Below, piece by piece: positions 18,133 to 27,191 of a stretch of DNA of 64,000 nt (position 1 is its first letter; each line of letters starts with the position of its first letter). Origin of the DNA: Candidatus Doudnabacteria bacterium (GTDB taxonomy: Bacteria; Patescibacteriota; Doudnabacteria; UBA920; 2-01-FULL-46-14); the NCBI GenBank assembly GCA_041497195.1, contig JBGQGB010000002.1:44140-108139 (forward strand), written 5' to 3'. Both the position numbers and the translations under genes were made by a program. The notes beneath the pieces were generated by a model. It saw only the letters and a list, made by a program, of their open reading frames with translations, did no database searches and had not been told where the DNA came from.

Positions 18133-19089
18133 ATGTCGTCTTCGAAATCCTCTCCATCCTCGTTTTGGGCTTCCATCTTGAGTTCGCTGCTTGTTTTGGC
18201 GATCGGTCTTGGCGCGTTCAATTATTACGCCCCCAACACAGTCCAGGATTTGCTGACAAGCGTGGTGGGCTGCCGCCTGCCCATGACGTATCGCGTCGGC
18301 AATGTCGATTCTCGTTTTGGCCTGAGCCAAGCTGACGCGCTCAACGCCGTCGCTGACGCGGAAGCGGTTTGGGAAAAGCCGGCCAATATCAATTTGTTCG
18401 CCTATGAGCCGGGCGGCCAGATCGTGATAAATTTTGTCTACGATGACCGGCAGAAAGAGACTGACCTGCTGAAAAAATTAAACCTGAACATTGACACGAC
18501 CCAGGCTTCGTTCAACCAGCTAAAAAACAAATACGACCAGCTGAAAGCCCAGCACGTTCAGGCTGACGCGGTTTACGAAGGGGACCTGGCTACTTTTCAG
18601 ACCAAGACCGCCGCGTATGACAAGGAGGTGTCCTATTGGAATTCGCAGGGCGGCGCGCCCAAGGCTGAGTACGACCGACTGACCAAGGAGCGCGATAGTT
18701 TAGCCAAGGACAAAACAGTACTTGAGGCCGAACGGGCCAATGTCAATCAGCTCGTCGACACTATCAACGCCTTGGTGGACGCGCTCAACCGCATCGGCAC
18801 CCAGCTCAATCTCGACATCAGCCAGTACAATACCAGCGGCTCTGACGTGCGCAAAGAGTTTGAGGAGGGGCTCTATTACGAAGACGCCAAAACCCGGCAA
18901 ATCAATATTTACCAATTTGAAAATCACCAAAAACTGGTCGATGTGCTCGCGCACGAGATGGGCCACGCGCTGGGCCTCGGGCACATCGCCGATCCGCATT
19001 CCGTCATGTACCGCCTGAACCAAAGCGAAAACCAGACTGTGACTGACCAGGACCTCGCTCTCTTGCGTACTGATTGTAAATTGCGCTAG
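18133..19089 (+). CDS. Membrane-anchored matrixin/metzincin-like zinc metalloprotease with a long coiled-coil insert
   Basis: HEMGHALGLGH, then a Met-turn SVMY. N-terminal TM. About 150 aa of heptad-like sequence sit between the N-terminal part of the catalytic domain and the zinc site. Confidence 0.6.
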   Translation: MSSSKSSPSSFWASILSSLLVLAIGLGAFNYYAPNTVQDLLTSVVGCRLPMTYRVGNVDSRFGLSQADALNAVADAEAVWEKPANINLFAYEPGGQIVINFVYDDRQKETDLLKKLNLNIDTTQASFNQLKNKYDQLKAQHVQADAVYEGDLATFQTKTAAYDKEVSYWNSQGGAPKAEYDRLTKERDSLAKDKTVLEAERANVNQLVDTINALVDALNRIGTQLNLDISQYNTSGSDVRKEFEEGLYYEDAKTRQINIYQFENHQKLVDVLAHEMGHALGLGHIADPHSVMYRLNQSENQTVTDQDLALLRTDCKLR

Positions 19090-19185
19090 AGTGGTTTGCT
19101 ACTTAGATAGATACAAAGGTACGGGACCTCTTGTTTGCCAATGTGTTATAGTGAAGACGCATTTTAACCAAAGGAGACAAAAAAT

Positions 19186-19482
19186 ATGAACGGACAGCCA
19201 CCGCCTCAGCAAATCCAAATCCGCGCCAGTGATGCGGATCTCAAAGGAGTGTACAGCAACCTCATGCAGGTCGGGCACACGCAGGAAGAGTTTATGCTGG
19301 ATTTTTTCAATCTGCCGGCCGGCAGCGGCATGGGTATGCTAACCTCACGCATTATCTTGAGCCCCGGACACTGCAAGCGCATCCTGGAGGCTTTGAAAAC
19401 CAATGTCAAAGCCTACGAGGATCGGTATGGAAAAATTACCGCAGCTGAGGGGCCGAGCCAGGAGATCGGATTTAAGGTCTAA
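19186..19482 (+). CDS. DUF3467 family protein
   Basis: Characteristic YSNLMQVGHTQEEFMLDF...SRIILSP pattern. Confidence 0.55.
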   Translation: MNGQPPPQQIQIRASDADLKGVYSNLMQVGHTQEEFMLDFFNLPAGSGMGMLTSRIILSPGHCKRILEALKTNVKAYEDRYGKITAAEGPSQEIGFKV

Positions 19483-19519
19483 AATTTTTAAAATTTAAGA
19501 AATAAAAAATAGAGAAAAT

Positions 19520-20068
19520 ATGGCTTACCAAACCTTTGAGGACCCGCCGGTAGCAAGGTATCTTTTTGCAAATACCAGCGTAGCCTGGTTTTGGCTCCTG
19601 GTCAGAGTCTATGTGGGCTGGGAGTGGCTCAAGGCCGGGTGGGGAAAGCTCGGCAATCCGGTTTGGACAGGGAATAAAGCTGGCACGGCTTTGTCTGGTT
19701 TTCTCCAAGGCGCTTTGGCCAAAACCGCCGGGGCGCACCCGGATGTGGCCGGCTGGTACGGGAGTTTTTTGCAACACACCGTGCTGCCGCACGCGGCCAC
19801 ATGGAGCTATGTGGTGGTTTGGGGGGAGATATTGGTCGGAGCAGCATTAATCCTGGGAATTTTCACCGGGATTGCGGCGTTTTTTGGCGGATTTATGAAT
19901 CTCAATTATTTGCTCGCTGGTACAGTGAGTTCCAATCCGGTTTTGTTCGTCCTGGGCATGGGGATAGTCTTGGCGTGGAAAGTGGCCGGCTACTGGGGGC
20001 TCGACCGCTATGTTTTGCCGCTTTTAGGCATGCCGTGGCGGCCAGGCAAGCTTTTTGCGAAAAAGTAG
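19520..20068 (+). CDS. DoxX family membrane protein
   Basis: Four-TM DoxX-like hydropathy and sequence pattern. Confidence 0.55.
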   Translation: MAYQTFEDPPVARYLFANTSVAWFWLLVRVYVGWEWLKAGWGKLGNPVWTGNKAGTALSGFLQGALAKTAGAHPDVAGWYGSFLQHTVLPHAATWSYVVVWGEILVGAALILGIFTGIAAFFGGFMNLNYLLAGTVSSNPVLFVLGMGIVLAWKVAGYWGLDRYVLPLLGMPWRPGKLFAKK

Positions 20069-20959
20069 CAATAATTTATTAGTGCAGCAAAAAAAAGACG
20101 ACCCCGAGTTGTAAGACACTCGAGGTCGTTTCGTGCCAATCTTTTTGGCAGTAGTTTTGGCGCGTCGTCGCGCGGGTTTGCGGCGGCCCGGGTCTTGGGA
20201 AAGATCAAGTCCAAGAGAATGGGCATAGGCAAGCACCGTGTCGGGATAACCATGGCTGCTGCCATAGTACTTCGTTAGCGCGAGTTTCCAGCTTTTCTGC
20301 CAGTACGCTTGCAGAAAGTTTGCCGCTGTAGCGAGCGCATCGAGCGGACGAGCGGGGTTGTCCAGGTCGACTATGCCGCAGCCGTCGATGTCCATGCCGT
20401 ATTTTTTGATGTTGGTTGGCATGATTTGGGTCCAGCCGACAGCACCATCACGAGAGCCTTTGATTTCGAAGCAGTTTTTCCCGGAGTCGCGGCAATACTC
20501 GGCGAGAGCAGCGAAGTTCTTCGCTTGCCAATGCCAGTCTCGGGAAGAAGTCATGGTGCGGAGCCAGAGCAGTTTGTAAGCTTCGTATTTGCCCTGATTG
20601 GAGCCGAGCTCGGATTCGATACCCGTGAGGCTAATGAGCGTTTGGCTCGGGACGTGAGACGTGGTTTCAATTTGTTGCAGCCCGACCGCTTGCTCTTGGA
20701 GGAAAGCCATGCCTTTGCCGACGAAGTCAGGAGAAAGGAATTTTTCCTTGAGATTCGCCCAGGTAGTGCGCTCTTCCTCGACTGGTTTCATGGGCATCTG
20801 AAGCTTCGGGTCAGCTGTGATTGTGCCCGCTTGCTCTCTGGTGAATCCACGTTTTACGAGAAGCTTTTGCACGTAGGCGACTCGTTGCGCCACGATGGGT
20901 GGTTTTTTGAAAGTGTGTATGGTTACTGAAGCCAAAACAAGTGTGAGCGTTAAGAACAT
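20024..20959 (-). CDS. mltB: Lytic murein transglycosylase B family (SLT_2). The C-terminal ~60 codons look like read-through into a terminator hairpin.
   Basis: GAVGWTQIMPTN active-site region. The tail ...PGRRKPARRRAKTTAKKIG...SSFFCC has junk-like composition and overlaps the hairpin at 20100-20135. Confidence 0.65.
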   Translation of the reverse strand: MFLTLTLVLASVTIHTFKKPPIVAQRVAYVQKLLVKRGFTREQAGTITADPKLQMPMKPVEEERTTWANLKEKFLSPDFVGKGMAFLQEQAVGLQQIETTSHVPSQTLISLTGIESELGSNQGKYEAYKLLWLRTMTSSRDWHWQAKNFAALAEYCRDSGKNCFEIKGSRDGAVGWTQIMPTNIKKYGMDIDGCGIVDLDNPARPLDALATAANFLQAYWQKSWKLALTKYYGSSHGYPDTVLAYAHSLGLDLSQDPGRRKPARRRAKTTAKKIGTKRPRVSYNSGSSFFCCTNKLLLLFRKKLAWPPRHA

Positions 20960-21064
20960 AGAGCCCCCTTGTGGTTTTGCCAGTAGCGTAGCAGATTTGC
21001 GGGGTTTAAAAAAATACGCCAGCCTGATTGGGAAGTTTTCAGGCTGGCTCCCGGCAAGGAAGAT

Positions 21065-21433
21065 TTAAACGTACTTAACGCTGATGGCGCGGGATTCGCG
21101 CGGGCCTTCTCTAAGCTGAGTTGTCTCAGGGAGACCGGGGATGTTCATCCGGTATTCGGCGAAAGCGATGGCATTTTCCTGAGCTTTCATTAAGATTGGA
21201 AGAAGCTTAGCAAAAATTGCCCCGGCGTTGCTTAGTGGATCGTCGATTTTTTTGCTGTTCACTGCGATCCATCCATTGGCAGCTACTTCAACCGCCATTG
21301 CGTGTTTTTTCAGCCGGGTACGATGCGGAGGACTTCCGCGGCGACCTGGCTTTACGCGACGATAGGCCTGCACTCTATTACGGAAAGTTTTAAGTGCCGC
21401 AATCAGAGCAGGTAGTGCATCCTCTTTTGCCAT
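21065..21433 (-). CDS. Hypothetical protein
   Basis: 122-aa ORF, no domain recognised. Confidence 0.4.
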   Translation of the reverse strand: MAKEDALPALIAALKTFRNRVQAYRRVKPGRRGSPPHRTRLKKHAMAVEVAANGWIAVNSKKIDDPLSNAGAIFAKLLPILMKAQENAIAFAEYRMNIPGLPETTQLREGPRESRAISVKYV

Positions 21434-21584
21434 ACGTATCCTCCGTTTGGAACTTTGGTCATTGTAGGTAAATCCGATTGCAGTAGCAAGGGCAGCAATA
21501 CCTTGATAATCTTTGGGCAGAAAAAAACAGGCGCCGATCCCGTGAGGGCGGCGCCTGGAGGAAACTGGCCTCTGGCGGCGGAAA

Positions 21585-21950
21585 TTAGTTGACCGGGCCT
21601 TTCAGTTTGAGGGCAGTGTGTATTTGTTGCGAGAGAATCTCAAAGTCATCACAGATCCTAGGATTGATATTGGCGTCGTGTTCGAACTTGAGAATCTCAA
21701 GTTTTTGGGACGTTCGGTCTTGCGGCAGCCTGATGCGGTCCACCTCAGAGGCAATCCTTCGGAAAAGCTCCGGCTGGTGGACCCAAATATCGTACTGACC
21801 CATTTCTGCAAGAGTGTGGCGTCCGTCACTGCGCGAATAGATTGGAACAAATGTTGTAGTCCGCTCGTCGAAGACACTGACGATATAATATGCTTCTGAA
21901 CAGCTCGGGCAAGGCTCCACAAACACCTCGATCTTTCGAGCGTTTGGCAT
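21585..21950 (-). CDS. Hypothetical protein
   Basis: 121-aa ORF, CPSC motif near the N-terminus, no domain recognised. Confidence 0.4.
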   Translation of the reverse strand: MPNARKIEVFVEPCPSCSEAYYIVSVFDERTTTFVPIYSRSDGRHTLAEMGQYDIWVHQPELFRRIASEVDRIRLPQDRTSQKLEILKFEHDANINPRICDDFEILSQQIHTALKLKGPVN

Positions 21951-22066
21951 GGGTCCTCCTTACACTAAATAATATAGCTCACAAATATAGCGTATCTTGG
22001 CGCCAGAGTCAAGAGGCACGCCATCTCTCGGTTTTTTTTGCGCGAAGTTTGGAGTACAATTGGCAT

Positions 22067-23194
22067 ATGGAACCGCTCGCTTCAAAAATCAGACCCAAAA
22101 ATCTCGAGGAATTCGTCGGGCAAGAGCATCTGGTCGGCACCGGCAAACCCGTCCGCGAGGCCATGGTCCAGAAGCATTTATTTTCTTTCATACTCTGGGG
22201 TCCGCCCGGCGTGGGTAAAACCACGCTCGCAAAGATTTACGCGCGCGCACTGGATGCCAAAATTTATGAACTCTCGGCCGTGAACGCAGGCAAGGACGAC
22301 ATCCGCAAGATCGTCAACGACGAGTCGAGCGGGCAAGCGAAAGTTTTGTTCTTAGACGAAATTCACCGTTTCAACAAAGCTCAGCAGGACGTGCTTTTGC
22401 CGTATGTGGAGCGCGGGGATATTACTTTGATTGGCGCTACCACGGAGAATCCGAGCTTTGAGGTCATCTCTCCCCTGCTGTCGCGCTGTCGGGTGTTCGT
22501 GCTCAATGAGCTCAATCGCGACGAGATGGCCCAAATCATCGCCAGGACCGGATTTGCGATTGATGACGAAGCGCGAGACTGGCTCATTAGTATGGCCAAT
22601 GGGGACGCACGGCAGGCGATCACTCTTCTGGAGAATACCGAGAAACTTTTTGGGAAGATTACAGTTGAGCATCTACAGACTGCTTTGCAGTCGAAGTTTT
22701 TGCGTTATGATAAAAAAGGCGAAGAGCATTACAATACCATCAGCGCTTTTATCAAAAGCATGCGCGCCAGCCAGCCTGACGCGGCGCTGTATTATCTGGC
22801 CCGCATGATTGATGCGGGAGAGGATCCCAAATTCATCGCCCGGCGCATGGTCATCTTTGCCAGCGAAGACATTGGCTTGGCCCAGCCCACAGCGCTGGTC
22901 GTCGCCAATGATGTTTTCCGCGCCTGTGAGACTATCGGCTTGCCGGAATGCGCTATCAATCTCGCTCACGGAGTCGCCTATCTTGCTTCAGCGAAGAAAG
23001 ACCGGTCAGCATATGATGCGTATATGCAGGCAATGGCAGATGTAAAAGAATACGGCAATCTCCCTATTCCTCTAAAAATCAGAAACGCGCCGACCAAGCT
23101 CATGAAAGACCTCGGCTATGGCCAGGGTTATGAAAAATATACGAGAGATGATTTGCTGCCAGAGGCGTTGAAGGGGAAGAAGTATTTAAAATAA
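22067..23194 (+). CDS. rarA: Replication-associated recombination protein A (AAA+ ATPase)
   Basis: Walker A GPPGVGKTT, Walker B LFLDEIHRF, and the MgsA C-terminal domain. Confidence 0.85.
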   Translation: MEPLASKIRPKNLEEFVGQEHLVGTGKPVREAMVQKHLFSFILWGPPGVGKTTLAKIYARALDAKIYELSAVNAGKDDIRKIVNDESSGQAKVLFLDEIHRFNKAQQDVLLPYVERGDITLIGATTENPSFEVISPLLSRCRVFVLNELNRDEMAQIIARTGFAIDDEARDWLISMANGDARQAITLLENTEKLFGKITVEHLQTALQSKFLRYDKKGEEHYNTISAFIKSMRASQPDAALYYLARMIDAGEDPKFIARRMVIFASEDIGLAQPTALVVANDVFRACETIGLPECAINLAHGVAYLASAKKDRSAYDAYMQAMADVKEYGNLPIPLKIRNAPTKLMKDLGYGQGYEKYTRDDLLPEALKGKKYLK

Positions 23195-23217
23195 TTTTTT
23201 ATGTTAAAATATTAAAT

Positions 23218-23757
23218 ATGAATGATGAAACGCAAGTTATAGTTTTCGGCGGGGGATGCTTCTGGTGTACTGAGGCAGTGGTCGAAAGATTAAAGGGTGT
23301 TGTATCTGTCGACTCTGGCTATGCGGGAGGAGACGTGGAAGATCCGACCTATGAGCAGGTGTCCAGCGGCCGGACGGGTCATGCGGAAGTGATTAGAATC
23401 GAATACGACCCGGCGGTCCTCACGCTTCACGATCTTTTGTCCGTGTTTTTCACCACGCACGACCCGACTACCCTCAATCAGCAGGGGGCTGATATGGGTA
23501 CGCAATATCGCTCGATCATCCTCTACACGACTGAGGAGCAGCGGCAGGAGTGCGAAAAATTCATCAAAGACCTGGAAGTTTCCAAGACTTTCAGTCAGCC
23601 GATCGTGACTGAGGTGAAGCCGCTCGAGAAATTCTACGAAGCCGAGGAATATCACAAGCGCTATTACGATAACAATGCCGACAAGCCGTACTGCCAGGTG
23701 GTCATCAATCCGAAACTGGCGAAATTGCGGCAGAAGTACAGCAAACTTTTGAAATAG
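23218..23757 (+). CDS. msrA: Peptide methionine sulfoxide reductase MsrA
   Basis: GGGCFWC active site. Confidence 0.85.
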   Translation: MNDETQVIVFGGGCFWCTEAVVERLKGVVSVDSGYAGGDVEDPTYEQVSSGRTGHAEVIRIEYDPAVLTLHDLLSVFFTTHDPTTLNQQGADMGTQYRSIILYTTEEQRQECEKFIKDLEVSKTFSQPIVTEVKPLEKFYEAEEYHKRYYDNNADKPYCQVVINPKLAKLRQKYSKLLK

Positions 23758-23774
23758 TTCCGCCCAAACCATTC

Positions 23775-24947
23775 ATGTCCCAGGCAGTCATCCTCAAACC
23801 AGGCAAAGAAAAGGCGGCCTTCAATCGGCATCATTGGATTTTTTCCGGCGCTGTCGCGCAGATGCCGGATTTTGAGGACGGCCAAATTCTCCCGGTCGAG
23901 TCCAGTGCCGGGCAGATGCTCGGGCACGCCTATTTCAACCGCCACTCCGGAATTATTGGACGTTTTGTTTCATTCGGCGCATCAGCTCCGGAAGCTGCTA
24001 TACTCAATCATTTGGAGGAGGCGTACAAACTGAGACAAAATTTGTTTGACGGGTCGGATACGACCGCGTACCGTTTGGTAAATGCCGAAGGCGACAGTCT
24101 GCCCGGGCTAACAATCGATCGATACGAGGATAGTTTGGTTTTGCAAATCACCACTCTCGGGATGGAAAAGCTGAAGCCGTTGATTTTGGATTGGCTCGGT
24201 AAGAATCTCGAGCCAAAAGGTATTTATGAACGGTCGGATTTGTCTGCGCGCAAAGAAGAAGGGATGCCGGAATATGCAGGCTGGCTCGGGCCTGCGGCTG
24301 AAACACAGATTGATTTTCGGGAGAACGGGCTCAAATTTCGGGCTGACATCGCTGTCGGGCAGAAGACTGGTTTTTTTCTGGATCAGCGCGAGATGCGCAG
24401 CCTGGTGAAGTCCCACTCCCGCGGCCGCAAGGTGCTCAACTGCTTCGCCTATACCGGGGCTTTTGGAGTGTACGCCTTGGCCGGGGGCGCCGTACGAGCT
24501 GACGCAGTGGAAATTTCCGAAAACGCCAAAGAGCTTTTTGAATATCATCTGCAGGCGAACGGGTTTGGTCCAGATCAAGGGAATTTTTTCGCCGCTGACG
24601 TGTTTGATTTTTTACGCAGCGACGGAGTCGCCGGTTATGACTTTGTAATTTTGGATCCGCCCGCTTTCGCCAAGCGGAAGACCGACATAGTGCGGGCGGC
24701 GCGCGGGTACAAGGACATCAACCGGCTGGCCATAAAAAATGTTAATCCGGGTGGATTGGTCCTGACTTCCTCGTGTTCTTATTTCGTGGATGAGAAGCTT
24801 TTTCGTCAGGTCGTATTTCAGGCGGCCGCCGAGGCTGGCCGCGACGTCAAAATCATCGGGAAGCATCGTCTCGCGCCGGATCACCCGATAAACATTTATC
24901 ATCCGGAAGGGGAATATCTGAAAAGCTTTTTGCTTCATGTAGCGTAA
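23775..24947 (+). CDS. Class I SAM-dependent rRNA (cytosine-C5) methyltransferase, RlmI/RlmK-like (PUA plus MTase)
   Basis: N-terminal PUA-like region, FAYTGAFGV SAM motif, DPPAF motif. Confidence 0.7.
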   Translation: MSQAVILKPGKEKAAFNRHHWIFSGAVAQMPDFEDGQILPVESSAGQMLGHAYFNRHSGIIGRFVSFGASAPEAAILNHLEEAYKLRQNLFDGSDTTAYRLVNAEGDSLPGLTIDRYEDSLVLQITTLGMEKLKPLILDWLGKNLEPKGIYERSDLSARKEEGMPEYAGWLGPAAETQIDFRENGLKFRADIAVGQKTGFFLDQREMRSLVKSHSRGRKVLNCFAYTGAFGVYALAGGAVRADAVEISENAKELFEYHLQANGFGPDQGNFFAADVFDFLRSDGVAGYDFVILDPPAFAKRKTDIVRAARGYKDINRLAIKNVNPGGLVLTSSCSYFVDEKLFRQVVFQAAAEAGRDVKIIGKHRLAPDHPINIYHPEGEYLKSFLLHVA

Positions 24948-25036
24948 AGAATGGTCGGTGTCAGGGCATATGTTGTGCGCGAGCGAATCTGGTATAATAT
25001 AGGGTACTTGGAGTTAAATAAGAAGGTATTTTTCAT

Positions 25037-25204
25037 ATGGATCCAAATAAGGATACAACCCCTCTAATAGGCAAGCAGTGCAAGTCCTGCAGCCACCCGG
25101 CTGGGGCGCACCAGTACGCCATAGACGAGGATGAGGAAGAACGCGATATGCTGGGCACGGCCTGCACTACGGATGGGTGCTCTTGTGCCGAATTTCGCGA
25201 ATAG
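25037..25204 (+). CDS. Small Cys-rich protein (55 aa, CxxC...CxxxxCxC). Not in the supplied ORF track.
   Basis: Hand translation gives MDPNKDTTPLIGKQCKSCSHPAGAHQYAIDEDEEERDMLGTACTTDGCSCAEFRE. RBS-like GAAGG upstream. Stop lies 5 nt before the next gene. Confidence 0.4.
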   Translation: MDPNKDTTPLIGKQCKSCSHPAGAHQYAIDEDEEERDMLGTACTTDGCSCAEFRE

Positions 25205-25208
25205 TCCT

Positions 25209-25568
25209 ATGCGTATTTTACTTCATTGGTTTTTGTCAGCGCTTGCAATTGTGATCGTGGCTTACCTCTTGCCAGGCGTGAGCTTGAGCGGTTTTTTGCC
25301 GGCCCTGGTCTTGGCTGTAGTCCTGGGGCTTATCAATGCCGTGTTGCGCCCGTTGTTGCTGATACTGACCTTGCCGATTAATGTTTTATCCCTGGGATTG
25401 TTCACTTTAGTCATCAACGGACTGCTCATTGAGTTGGCGGGCGTCATTGTCCCTGGGTTTCACGTCCGGAGTTTTTGGTGGGCGATGCTTTTCAGCATAG
25501 TTTTGTTTTTGGTCAATTGGATTATTAAAAGCGTAGAGCGGCCGGTGAGCGGGCCGCCAGGAGTATAA
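25209..25568 (+). CDS. Phage-holin-family-IV-like (DUF360/YvlD) 4-TM membrane protein
   Basis: Conserved LLPGV...GF..AL..A..LG..N..LRP pattern. Confidence 0.6.
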   Translation: MRILLHWFLSALAIVIVAYLLPGVSLSGFLPALVLAVVLGLINAVLRPLLLILTLPINVLSLGLFTLVINGLLIELAGVIVPGFHVRSFWWAMLFSIVLFLVNWIIKSVERPVSGPPGV

Positions 25569-25574
25569 AAGAAT

Positions 25575-25862
25575 ATGGGTGAGACATCAAACGCAGATTT
25601 TAGACAACTTGTACCGGAGCAGAAACTAGGCAGAGGGCCTTTCAGTCAGCTCCAGGGTGAGATAAATGATACTTCGATTGAATTTTTGCAGAAAGAGGAT
25701 TTGTTATCGCAGGCTAGAGTATTCTATCGGAGCGTTCCGGAGGATATTCGTGAAGCTAAAATTATGGAAGATTTGAAAAGTATATGTGGGATTTTGGACA
25801 GTGTTGGCGACAAGGAAAAGGCCCAATATTTATACGATTTGTTTGGTTTCGAAAAAGTTTGA
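25575..25862 (+). CDS. Hypothetical protein
   Basis: 95-aa ORF. Confidence 0.4.
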   Translation: MGETSNADFRQLVPEQKLGRGPFSQLQGEINDTSIEFLQKEDLLSQARVFYRSVPEDIREAKIMEDLKSICGILDSVGDKEKAQYLYDLFGFEKV

Positions 25863-25893
25863 GTAATGGGCGTAATGCGGGAGGCTCAAGATT

Positions 25894-25927
25894 AAAAAAA
25901 GCGCGCCTTAGGCCGCGCTTTTTTTAA
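25894..25927. terminator. Bidirectional intrinsic terminator (AAAAAAAGCGCGCC-TTA-GGCCGCGCTTTTTTT)
   Basis: GC stem flanked by an A7 tract and a T7 tract between convergent genes. Confidence 0.7.
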
Positions 25928-25943
25928 TCAGTCCAAATCAACT

Positions 25944-27089
25944 CTAGCGGCTGTCCATGAGGAGTTCCTTGGCCATCCGCAGCATACCGCCAAAGGTCAT
26001 GAGATAAAGGATGGTGGCTGCCAGCCATCCGATGATTGGAATCCAAGTAATGATGGCCAGGATTGTGAGGCCCAAGACAACATTTCGCCAGTCACTCGGT
26101 TCATACTGGTTTTTCGTCAGATAAGGCAGGAGCAGAGAGCCGAGGAAAATCCCGGTGATGAGGGCGGTGATAAGTGAGATGAGCCCAAACCACGCGCCTA
26201 CAACTATGGCGGCGTAGTAGCCGACCACAGTCAGCAGAAGAATCAAAACCGTAACTGGTATGGCGATGGCGCCGAGAGCGCCGATGCCGAGATTGGCCCA
26301 GGGATTGTCCCGGGTATGTTTAATAACAGTCTCGACCCGTTTTTTCAGAAAGTGCGCCAGCAAGAGTCCGGCGAGAAGCATGGCTATAAATTTCAGCAGA
26401 GCAAATGCGCCCAAAGCTTTTCTGATGTTTGCCAAGCCGTTGAAGCCGGGTGTTTTGGTAAACTCTATGGCTGACAGTTGGGCGCCGTCACTGACTGTGG
26501 CAGGTGCCGGGCCCTGGTACTTGATTTTTCCGGAAATTTGCGCGTTCGGCCCGAATACGAGTGATTTGCTGGCTCGGATAGAAACATTGCCGTCGATTTT
26601 GCTGTTGATGGTGACTGACCCGCCGGCGATTTTCGCGCTTCCCTTGACCGGCCGTTCCAGGACGATGTTTCCTCCGGCCGCGACTACGTCGCCGCCAACC
26701 GGGTTTGAGCTATATAACCAAATGCTGCCGCCGGCCGCGAGAATGTCTCCGCCAACCTGGCCGTTGATATTGACGCTGCCGCCTGAGGCGCGGACGTTAC
26801 TGCCGACATTGCCGCTGATATTGATGCTCCCTCCCGCGGCGGCAAGGTCTTGCTCGACTGGGCCGGCAATCTGCAGCGACCCTCCGGCTGCAAACAAATC
26901 GCCCGAGGTTTTACCTTCAATGAAGACATTCCCTCCGGCTGTGTAGAGATTTTTGTGCGCTTCGCTCGCCGCCACGGAAACGGTTCCATTTTGCGGTTGT
27001 TTCGGAAACAAAAACTCCGCAGCCCGGACAGGAGCCGCGACCAGCAGTACCAGGGCCGCGAGGCTTGTTATTGCGGTTATTTTTTTCAT
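25944..27089 (-). CDS. Secreted bactofilin-like beta-helical repeat domain plus a C-terminal 4-TM domain
   Basis: Signal peptide. At least six ~19-aa repeats built on AAGGS(I/V)xI. Four C-terminal TM helices. Confidence 0.5.
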   Translation of the reverse strand: MKKITAITSLAALVLLVAAPVRAAEFLFPKQPQNGTVSVAASEAHKNLYTAGGNVFIEGKTSGDLFAAGGSLQIAGPVEQDLAAAGGSINISGNVGSNVRASGGSVNINGQVGGDILAAGGSIWLYSSNPVGGDVVAAGGNIVLERPVKGSAKIAGGSVTINSKIDGNVSIRASKSLVFGPNAQISGKIKYQGPAPATVSDGAQLSAIEFTKTPGFNGLANIRKALGAFALLKFIAMLLAGLLLAHFLKKRVETVIKHTRDNPWANLGIGALGAIAIPVTVLILLLTVVGYYAAIVVGAWFGLISLITALITGIFLGSLLLPYLTKNQYEPSDWRNVVLGLTILAIITWIPIIGWLAATILYLMTFGGMLRMAKELLMDSR

Positions 27090-27191
27090 TGGTTATCCTT
27101 TCAGGTTAACTATTTGATATCATGATACACTATTTTTTGGTACTATTGAAGAAATGAAAAAAAGCAATGAACAAATTTTCAAGCCTCCAGC

